A stretch of 32,000 bases of DNA from Desulfobulbus propionicus DSM 2032 (GTDB lineage: Bacteria; Desulfobacterota; Desulfobulbia; Desulfobulbales; Desulfobulbaceae). The notes under the pieces are model-generated. The model ran no database searches and was not told the DNA's origin. It saw only the letters and a program-made list of their open reading frames with translations. The translations under genes were made by a program, and so were the position numbers. Location: the NCBI RefSeq assembly GCF_000186885.1, contig NC_014972.1, positions 1,680,001-1,712,000 of the forward strand, in the 5' to 3' direction. Below, one piece after another: positions 25,050-32,000 of this stretch (its first letter is position 1; every line of letters starts with the position of its first letter).

Positions 25050-25823
25050 TGAAAGAAAAAATGAGTCGCCCCCCACGCGGGGGCGTGGATTGAAACATCA
25101 TGCCGCCCCCTCCACATTGACCCATGATATGTCGCCCCCCACGCGGGGGCGTGGATTGAAACGTGAACTTCCGCGCCATCTTCTTGTTCATGATCAGTCG
25201 CCCCCCACGCGGGGGCGTGGATTGAAACACGAGGGGTCAGGGGCCACAATCCTGCTGATCGGGTCGCCCCCCACGCGGGGGCGTGGATTGAAACATACTT
25301 GCCGACCAGTGGCAAGAGCGGGTTACTAGTCGCCCCCCACGCGGGGGCGTGGATTGAAACCTTTTTCCCATTGCTTATATGCTCAGGTGATAGGTCGCCC
25401 CCCACGCGGGGGCGTGGATTGAAACAACTCCCCCGGTTACGGACTTACAAAATCCCCAAGTCGCCCCCCACGCGGGGGCGTGGATTGAAACGCAGTAAGT
25501 GCCACGCCATAGGACAATGGTATGGTCGCCCCCCACGCGGGGGCGTGGATTGAAACATTGAGCGCAAAGAGATCACAGGCAAGAACGGTGGGTCGCCCCC
25601 CACGCGGGGGCGTGGATTGAAACACGTATTGCAGCGCGTCACCGTCTTCCTTCACCGCGTCGCCCCCCACGCGGGGGCGTGGATTGAAACCCTGGATTGT
25701 GGATGCTGGCAGACAGGGAAGGACGGTCGCCCCCCACGCGGGGGCGTGGATTGAAACTGGGCCATGCTCACCATGGCCTCGATAGCCTTGTGTCGCCCCC
25801 CACGCGGGGGCGTGGATTGAAAC

Positions 25824-26355
25824 ATCTGGCATCAAGGAGTGTCGCGGTTACGAAACGGTCGCCCCCCACGCGGGGGCGTGGATTGAAACTGTATCGGAAG
25901 TTGAACTTAAAAACAAAGGAGGTGTCGCCCCCCACGCGGGGGCGTGGATTGAAACATGTCGAGCTCATGGTTGCCGGGGTGAGGTACCGGCGTCGCCCCC
26001 CACGCGGGGGCGTGGATTGAAACCATGGCCTCCGGGATGGTTGGACCGGTGGGGATGGTCGCCCCCCACGCGGGGGCGTGGATTGAAACATCTGGCATCA
26101 AGGAGTGTCGCGGTTACGAAACGGTCGCCCCCCACGCGGGGGCGTGGATTGAAACTGTATCGGAAGTTGAACTTAAAAACAAAGGAGGTGTCGCCCCCCA
26201 CGCGGGGGCGTGGATTGAAACATGTCGAGCTCATGGTTGCCGGGGTGAGGTACCGGCGTCGCCCCCCACGCGGGGGCGTGGATTGAAACCATGGCCTCCG
26301 GGATGGTTGGACCGGTGGGGATGGTCGCCCCCCACGCGGGGGCGTGGATTGAAAC
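25824..26355 (+). repeat. tandem duplication of a 266-bp block of four spacer-repeat units
   Basis: The spacers starting ATCTGGCATCAAGG.., TGTATCGGAAGTTG.., ATGTCGAGCTCATGG.. and CATGGCCTCCGGGATGG.. at 25824-26089 are repeated in the same order at 26090-26355. Confidence 0.9.
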
Positions 26356-26445
26356 CCCGCCGTCATCGCTGAGTTGGTTGAGAATAAACGTCGCCCCCCA
26401 CGCGGGGGCGTGGATTGAAACCCGTTTTTGGTCTTCCCAGGCTGA

Positions 26446-26622
<177 letters not shown>

Positions 26623-27282
26623 TGATTCAATCGCCTGCCTCAACTTGTCCTTGAGTGTCGCCCCCCACGCGGGGGCGTGGATTGAAACTTGGGTATACGA
26701 CCGGGAAGATTTACAAAGAGGCCAGTCGCCCCCCACGCGGGGGCGTGGATTGAAACTTTACTGTACGGTGCATTATTTTCTATCGTTGTAGTCGCCCCCC
26801 ACGCGGGGGCGTGGATTGAAACGTTACGGGGGAAACGGTCCCCTATCTAGGGTTTGTCGCCCCCCACGCGGGGGCGTGGATTGAAACATAATAACTACCA
26901 TACTGTAGGATAATGATATACTAGTCGCCCCCCACGCGGGGGCGTGGATTGAAACGTTAGTTTGTTTGTTTATTCGGTTGTCTCTCGCTGTCGCCCCCCA
27001 CGCGGGGGCGTGGATTGAAACTTCAACTCAAGGCCAACGCCGAAATCCTCAAGGCCGTCGCCCCCCACGCGGGGGCGTGGATTGAAACTGATGAAGATCA
27101 CGCTATCGAGGAATGTGATGGTGTCGCCCCCCACGCGGGGGCGTGGATTGAAACTTTATGACGGAATGGTAAGCGCTGATAATTTTGGTCGCCCCCCACG
27201 CGGGGGCGTGGATTGAAACTATATCACCCTTAACGCCTCCCCAAAAATGGGGTGTCGCCCCCCACGCGGGGGCGTGGATTGA

Positions 27283-27549
<267 letters not shown>

Positions 27550-27665
27550 TGAAACTTGAAACCGCTAAACGAACGCTACCCGATCAAAGGTCGCCCCCCA
27601 CGCGGGGCGTGGATTGAAACCGAAACTGCAAATCACGGGCGGTCCATGAGGGCCACCCCGCGCTG

Positions 27666-27890
27666 GTGATTCGGGCCAAGGGCAAAAAGGCCCTGTTTTG
27701 GAAAGGAGCACGGCACCCGGTGAAGGCGGTACATCAACCGGCGCGGAAGGGGAAGCCTTTCTTGCGGGAAGCGGCCGAGGAGCTGGAGCGCGAAGGATAT
27801 GACTTCCTCGACCGCTATTTAACAGACAAGGTGAACGAAAAAATTGCCAAGGAGATCAAGGGCAAGATCACTTTGACGTTGAAGCTGTGA
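27666..27890 (+). CDS. probable 3' fragment of a phage gene (weak resemblance to the HK97 gp10-type head-tail protein C-terminus)
   Basis: 74 aa from a GTG start. The frame is already open from 27618, inside repeat R92, with no ATG. HPVKAVHQPARKGKPFLREAAEE resembles the H/G..PFLRPA segment of HK97-gp10-like proteins. Low certainty. Confidence 0.35.
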   Translation: MIRAKGKKALFWKGARHPVKAVHQPARKGKPFLREAAEELEREGYDFLDRYLTDKVNEKIAKEIKGKITLTLKL

Positions 27891-27935
27891 CCTGAGCTAA
27901 GCTGTTGCTTGCCGTTGAGAGTAGCAACTGTATAC

Positions 27936-28202
27936 CTACCAAAGCGCCCCTTGTGGCAAATTGATCCATGATTGCACGATACGCCGCATGTCTTCTCGGT
28001 ATTCGGCATCGGCAATTGTCTCGATTATCCGCAGCGCCTCCTTGTGCTCGCCGCGGTCGACGAGGAGCCCGGCAATCTTGAATTTTTCAGTGTCGGTTCC
28101 TTCGAGAAGTTTCAAGTGATTGGCAAGTTCTGGATCGTCCGGGTCGCCGAAGCTTTCCTCTATTTCTTCCCTGGTCGGGTGATAGTCGAGATAGGTTTTC
28201 AT
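27936..28202 (-). CDS. small acidic hypothetical protein, translationally coupled to the upstream MuF-HExxH gene
   Basis: 88 aa, MKTYLDYHPTREEIEESFGDPDDPELANHLKLLEG... About 20 D/E versus 11 K/R by my count. Its start overlaps the stop of 28199-29572 (ATGA at 28199-28202). Confidence 0.55.
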   Translation of the reverse strand: MKTYLDYHPTREEIEESFGDPDDPELANHLKLLEGTDTEKFKIAGLLVDRGEHKEALRIIETIADAEYREDMRRIVQSWINLPQGALW

Positions 28203-29572
28203 GGCGTCACCCTGGCAAGCAATTGGTTGAATTTCACATCGTCGTCGAGAGCGTCAATCGCCTTGCCGATATCCGACCGGTCAGCGCTGGTTTGTTGCGC
28301 GCGAAAGAGCATGTCCGTCACCGGCGCTTTGAAATTCCACCGGTTGACCCCTTCATTGATTTGCACCAGCTGTTCCAGGATGTTGTCGTCGCTGATACCC
28401 AGCTTAGCGAGTAACGTGTCAAAGTTTCTGATCCATCCCCGGTATCCTAGACCCTGCGCCTTCACCATCTCCATGTGAACCGGTTCGATACCCAGCTCTT
28501 TCAATACAGCTGGGTAAGTGCGCCGAGCGGTCCACTGGTTGACCACCTCCATGAGCATCCGGCGTTGGGACTTCTTTCCGATCCCGATTGATACGCCGGC
28601 GTTCTGGCGGTTGTGCTGGATCTCGTGCCAGAGCGATTCAAGGGCGTACTCCTCAAGAAATGTGAGTTGTTCGCCGCGGTTGATCTTGATGAATGCGTCC
28701 ATCATTGCACCTGCAGGCGACCATTTAACCGTAACCGGAATGCCGGTCGCCTCGGTGTAGCTGACCCATGTCTTGGTTGTTGAAAAATATACGTCTCCAG
28801 ATGAATATGTCCACATAAACGAACCATGCATACCGCGCTCTGCCTTGGCGATGCGGATTGGGTTGTCGCCGCCCAGGTGGCCGAGCTTGGAAACGATAAC
28901 CCGCTCCACATCGGCATAGTTGCGGATTCTACCGAGGGGCGGCTGGTTCTTGCTGGGTTCCGGCCCGGTTGTTGGTGCTGACCCATCACTGTTGTCGCCA
29001 GCTTGGGCGAAGAACTCGGCAACAGTGATCGTCCGGCATCGAGCGTGATAAGGGGGGAGTCCTATCTTGCCGCGCGCCACTTGGCGATTGATGGCGTTCT
29101 GTGAGGTCAGGTTCTCGGCTTGTGCGTCGCTCCACCATGGCCATGCAGCCTTTATCTTCTCCTTGCTGCCGCTTTCACAGGCCGCCATGTACTGTTCCAC
29201 CTGACGGCGCAGATCCATAACCGCGATCACTGTACCGTGCAGGCGGCGACAAGTCTCACTGGTCTTACTGTCGAGCCTGGCCTTAACCCGAACCACCTCA
29301 ATACCGGCCTTTTCGTATCCGGACACCCGGCCGATCTCCCTAATCTTAGTGGCGGTGTGGTCGGCGAGTAAGTCCCAATAGGCCGTACCCTTGTCGCCCA
29401 GCGTTTTAAAATGCACCTTCATTAGCTCGGCCAAGTCGCGTCGATTGTATCCACCTTCAAAATAATCCTGCAGCACGGCGCGAAATCCTTCCTGGATATT
29501 GTCGTTGTAGTGGCTGCCAATCCAGAAACGAGTATTGCGGTCAAGAATTTCGAGTGATTTTGAATCGGGCAA
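28199..29572 (-). CDS. phage MuF / SPP1 gp7-like head morphogenesis domain protein with a C-terminal HExxH (putative zinc metallopeptidase) domain; probably 5'-truncated
   Basis: 457 aa. MuF-type segment IREIGRVSGYEKAGIEVVRVKARLDSKTSETCRRLHGTVIAV. C-terminal region contains LWHEIQHNRQ (HExxH). The only start is a TTG 5 nt from the orphan repeat, and the frame stays open through that repeat up to a stop at 29639-29641. Confidence 0.7.
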   Translation of the reverse strand: MPDSKSLEILDRNTRFWIGSHYNDNIQEGFRAVLQDYFEGGYNRRDLAELMKVHFKTLGDKGTAYWDLLADHTATKIREIGRVSGYEKAGIEVVRVKARLDSKTSETCRRLHGTVIAVMDLRRQVEQYMAACESGSKEKIKAAWPWWSDAQAENLTSQNAINRQVARGKIGLPPYHARCRTITVAEFFAQAGDNSDGSAPTTGPEPSKNQPPLGRIRNYADVERVIVSKLGHLGGDNPIRIAKAERGMHGSFMWTYSSGDVYFSTTKTWVSYTEATGIPVTVKWSPAGAMMDAFIKINRGEQLTFLEEYALESLWHEIQHNRQNAGVSIGIGKKSQRRMLMEVVNQWTARRTYPAVLKELGIEPVHMEMVKAQGLGYRGWIRNFDTLLAKLGISDDNILEQLVQINEGVNRWNFKAPVTDMLFRAQQTSADRSDIGKAIDALDDDVKFNQLLARVTP

Positions 29573-29577
29573 ATCCC

Positions 29578-29609
29578 GTCGCCCCCCACGCGGGGGCGTG
29601 GATTGAAAT
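29578..29609 (+). CRISPR. orphan / terminal CRISPR repeat, 31 of 32 nt identical to the array repeat
   Basis: GTCGCCCCCCACGCGGGGGCGTGGATTGAAAT, with last base C->T, in the same orientation as the array and 1,957 bp after R92. The C->T change is corroborated by the track ORF 29541-29780, which reads [12 protein letters not shown] where array ORFs read [11 protein letters not shown]. Confidence 0.9.
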
Positions 29610-29766
29610 TTCCTGTTCCCGCCTCTTTCCCTCCTGGCTCAGCCACCTGCTCGACCACACACAACCGGCGATTCCAATGGTCAACGGTCGAGTGTGGATC
29701 AAACCGGTGCGGCCAACCTGAGTCAGGATTCTGGTCGCCGTTTGATTGGAGTCGCCATGGAGATAA

Positions 29767-30414
29767 TCAACGAGGAACAAGGGAAGGCGGAGGGGGAGTT
29801 CGTGGCAGATGTTTGGTTACCTGTTGCAGGAACAGAACGGGTGCCGTGTGCTTGACCTCCGCCATGGACGGTGGTGTTTGAGTCTCCATCATCATCGAAC
29901 TTACCGCACATCCGGCCAAACCGCAGGGATTGATCCGTTCGTAGGACCGCAGGTCCGGGCAGACATTGAGGGCAAAGCCGTGCAGGGTCACCCAGTGGCG
30001 GACGCCGACACCAATGAAGCCGATTTTGCCACGAGACGACCAGACCCCGGTTTGCCCGGCAACCCGGTGCGCCGGAATGTGGAAGGCGACCAGGGTGGCG
30101 ATCAGCACCTCTTCCAGGAAGCGCATCCAGCGATGGAGGTCGCGGCCTCGTCTGCCGAGATGAACGAGTGGGTAACCCACCAACTGTCCCGGCCCGTGCC
30201 AAGCCACATCCCCACCCCGGTTGATACGCTCAACGGGGAGGGTGGAATCGAGGATGTTGGCCAGATCGCCGCCCCGGCCGATGGTATAGACGGCGGGATG
30301 TTCGAGCAGCAGCAGGGTCTCTTCCTCGTTGCCGGCGGCAATTTCCGCTGCCAGCCGCTCCTGCAGAGCCAGGGCCTCGCGGTACTCGACCAGGCCGCAG
30401 TCGAGGATGCGCAT
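29767..30414 (-). CDS. lipB: lipoyl(octanoyl) transferase LipB
   Basis: 215 aa. LLLLEHPAVYTIGRGG, RINRGGDVAWHGPGQLVGYP and KIGFIGVGVRHWVTLHGFALNV are typical of LipB. Confidence 0.9.
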   Translation of the reverse strand: MRILDCGLVEYREALALQERLAAEIAAGNEEETLLLLEHPAVYTIGRGGDLANILDSTLPVERINRGGDVAWHGPGQLVGYPLVHLGRRGRDLHRWMRFLEEVLIATLVAFHIPAHRVAGQTGVWSSRGKIGFIGVGVRHWVTLHGFALNVCPDLRSYERINPCGLAGCAVSSMMMETQTPPSMAEVKHTAPVLFLQQVTKHLPRTPPPPSLVPR

Positions 30415-30418
30415 GGCC

Positions 30419-30664
30419 TCAGGGGAGGCGGGCCATGAGATACCTGGTCATGGCCGCCAGGGTCGACAGTTTGCCGTAGTCCGATTCGGGGATGTCCACC
30501 CCGGTGCGTTCGTTCAGTCCAACCAGCACACGGAGAAAACTGAACGAATCGATGTCCAGGGCCTCGCGGATGTTCTCGTCCGGCGCCAGCTCGACCGGGT
30601 CGCATTCGGGCGCGACCTTTTTCAGTTCGGCAAAAATATGGGAAAGCAGTTCCTGTTCGGTCAT
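30419..30664 (-). CDS. acyl-carrier-protein-like (phosphopantetheine-binding) protein
   Basis: 81 aa, with the carrier-protein signature around ALDIDSFSFLRVL (Ser of the DS motif). Its start overlaps the E2 stop (ATGA 30661-30664), and its stop lies 4 nt before the lipB start. Confidence 0.75.
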   Translation of the reverse strand: MTEQELLSHIFAELKKVAPECDPVELAPDENIREALDIDSFSFLRVLVGLNERTGVDIPESDYGKLSTLAAMTRYLMARLP

Positions 30665-31863
30665 AGAGCCTCCGGTTGCTGGAGATGGCGATTGAGGGCT
30701 TCGAGGAACAGGGCACCCTGGTGGCCGTCGGTGGCGCGATGATCGGCGGCCAGAGTGGCGGTCACGCAGCGCCGCACTCCCAGCATGCCGTTTTCGGCCC
30801 AGGGTCGCTCGCTGATCTTGCCGAAACCGATCAGCGCCACCTGCGGCGGATAGATGATGCCGAATACCGTTTTTATGCCCCGATCACCCAGGTTGGTGAC
30901 CGACACGGTGGCGTCAGTGACCTCCGAACCGCGCAACCGTCCCGACCGGGTCCGCTCGATCAGGTCGGCCATGGCCTGCATCAGTTCACCCAGGCTGAGC
31001 CGGTCGACGTGATGAATGGCGGGCGAGATCAGGCCGCCGGTGCGCAGGGCGATGGCGAAACCGACATGGATGTCCGGTTGCACCTGAAGACGGTCATTCA
31101 ACCAAAAGCCGTTCAGTTCCGGCACGTCGCGCAGGGCCTTGGCCGTTGCCTTGAGGAGTAGGACAACCGGCAGGATGCGCTCGCGCATGGAACGTTGGCG
31201 GTTTTCCTCCTCCAGCCATTGCAAGGGGTGGCTCAGGTCGATCTCGGTTGCCAGGTAATAGTGGGGGATTTCTCGGTTGGAGCGACTGACCGCGGCGGCA
31301 ATGGCCTGCCGCATCCTGGTCTCGGGCGTGTCCCCAGCGGATTCGGCTGGTGCAGCCGTTGCCTGCGGGGACGTTATTGTTTTTGCCTGGGCCGCTGCCT
31401 CGATATCGCTGCGCTGGATGGCACCGCGCGGGCCGGTTCCCTGGACCGTGGCCAGATCAACCCCCAGTTCCAGGGCCAGACGCCTGGCCGAGGGCGAACA
31501 GGAGAGCCGCTCGGAAGATATCGTCGGTTGAGCTGGGATGGTTTCCTGCGGCTTGCTCACTGGGGAAGGTTCGGTTGTCTTCTCAACGGTGGGCTCGGCC
31601 CGCACCTCGGTGACCGCAGCCTTGGCCTCACCGGTCTCAATTCGGGCCAGCAAGGTGCCCACCGGCACAGTCTGGCCGGCAGCCACCAGCGGCTCACCCA
31701 TGATGCCGTCCTCGAACACCTCGATCTCGAACAGTCCCTTTTGGGTCTCGACCAGGGCGACGATATCGCCCCGTTTGACCCGCTGTCCCGGCACCACCAG
31801 CCATTCGACCAGTTTACCGGTTTCCATGTCGGCGCCCAGGCTGGGCATGCGAAATTCACCCAT
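30661..31863 (-). CDS. 2-oxoacid (pyruvate/acetoin-type) dehydrogenase E2 component, dihydrolipoamide acyltransferase
   Basis: 400 aa. N-terminal lipoyl domain ([32 protein letters not shown]); Ala/Pro-rich linker; E3/E1-binding segment ([27 protein letters not shown]); catalytic domain with [15 protein letters not shown]. Confidence 0.9.
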   Translation of the reverse strand: MGEFRMPSLGADMETGKLVEWLVVPGQRVKRGDIVALVETQKGLFEIEVFEDGIMGEPLVAAGQTVPVGTLLARIETGEAKAAVTEVRAEPTVEKTTEPSPVSKPQETIPAQPTISSERLSCSPSARRLALELGVDLATVQGTGPRGAIQRSDIEAAAQAKTITSPQATAAPAESAGDTPETRMRQAIAAAVSRSNREIPHYYLATEIDLSHPLQWLEEENRQRSMRERILPVVLLLKATAKALRDVPELNGFWLNDRLQVQPDIHVGFAIALRTGGLISPAIHHVDRLSLGELMQAMADLIERTRSGRLRGSEVTDATVSVTNLGDRGIKTVFGIIYPPQVALIGFGKISERPWAENGMLGVRRCVTATLAADHRATDGHQGALFLEALNRHLQQPEAL

Positions 31864-32000
31864 GATGCATCATCCTCCGGACTGTGGCCACAATTTTATC
31901 CACCTGGGGCAGGGCCGCCTCTTCCATGTGCTTGGCATAGGGCATGGGCACCTCGGCGCTGCACAGCCGCTCCACCGGCAGATCGAGATCGTAGAAGGCC
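31856..32000 (-). CDS. 2-oxoacid dehydrogenase E1 component beta subunit, C-terminal 47 aa only
   Basis: Not in the track because its start lies outside the window. My translation is [47 protein letters not shown]-stop. The stop overlaps the E2 start by 8 nt (ATGGGTGA). The PMPYA..LE...P motif is typical of E1-beta C-termini. Confidence 0.7.
   Translation of the reverse strand, partial: AFYDLDLPVERLCSAEVPMPYAKHMEEAALPQVDKIVATVRRMMHHG

Larger units (their letters stand above)
27621..29577. mobile_element. 1,957-bp phage-derived fragment bounded on both sides by CRISPR repeats (giant-spacer position)
   Basis: Starts at the nucleotide after R92 and ends at the nucleotide before the orphan repeat at 29578. 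Carries a MuF-like gene, a small ORF and a truncated ORF. Both outer reading frames run into the repeats. Confidence 0.7.

Noticed and set aside
27645-27676. Possible extra, heavily decayed repeat just inside the phage block (…GGCCACCCCGCGCTGGTGATTCGGG…). This would make the first ~24-31 nt a normal spacer.
   Set aside because: An ungapped alignment gives only about 15/32 matches. The implied spacer is too short, an ORF reads straight through it, and decay would be far more abrupt than in R91-R93.
29540-29577. Test of the spacer-protospacer recombination model for the giant insert. I looked for a TTC PAM before a 34-36 nt terminal spacer and for a duplicated spacer at both junctions. I also noted a shared GCAAATC 7-mer at 27628-27634 and 29569-29575.
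   Set aside because: The triplet is GTC, not TTC, and the junction 35-mers are unrelated. The 7-mer is within chance expectation, and as a target-site duplication it would imply only a 16-nt original spacer.
29734-29756. GTCGCCGTTTGATTGGAGTCGCC in the trailer, resembling repeat ends (GTCGCC…GATTGAAAC) with the palindrome deleted.
   Set aside because: It is too short and gapped, and its spacing from R93 (124 nt) does not fit the array period. It may be an ancient remnant, but the sequence alone cannot support that.

Overview
32 kb GC-rich bacterial chromosome segment. The gene content and sigma-54-type regulator suggest a deltaproteobacterium-like host, but that is inference only.

(1) 1-11.1 kb, regulatory and housekeeping block. 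A Lon-family protease (+ strand) has a receiver (REC) domain spliced in front of its AAA+ module. It lies tail-to-tail with a minus-strand operon encoding a tandem-ATPase ABC protein, two ABC-2 permeases, a HAMP histidine kinase and an NtrC-type response regulator. A PEBP/YbhB protein and an HPF/RaiA-cold-shock-domain fusion follow.

(2) 11.7-21.4 kb, a complete type I-C CRISPR-Cas locus preceded by a WYL-domain regulator. Gene order is cas3-cas5c-cas8c (with an internal cas11c start)-cas7c-[RhuM/Fic-Doc family gene]-cas4-cas1-cas2. The RhuM/Doc gene between cas7 and cas4 is translationally coupled to cas4 and is not part of the canonical I-C operon.

(3) 21.5-27.6 kb, a 92-repeat CRISPR array (32-nt repeat GTCGCCCCCCACGCGGGGGCGTGGATTGAAAC, 91 spacers). 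It contains tandem duplications and several near-duplicate re-targeting spacers.

(4) 27.6-29.6 kb, 1,957 bp of phage-like coding DNA: a MuF/SPP1-gp7-like protein with a C-terminal HExxH domain, a small acidic protein and a truncated ORF. This block is bounded exactly by the last decayed array repeat and by a further near-perfect orphan repeat, so it sits where a giant terminal spacer would be.

(5) 29.8-32 kb, minus strand: lipB, an ACP-like carrier protein, a lipoyl-E2 acyltransferase and the 3' end of an E1-beta gene.

No rRNA or tRNA genes were seen. Coordinates inside the array were hand-counted and may be off by 1-2 nt. All family calls rest on motifs read by eye; no database search was run.
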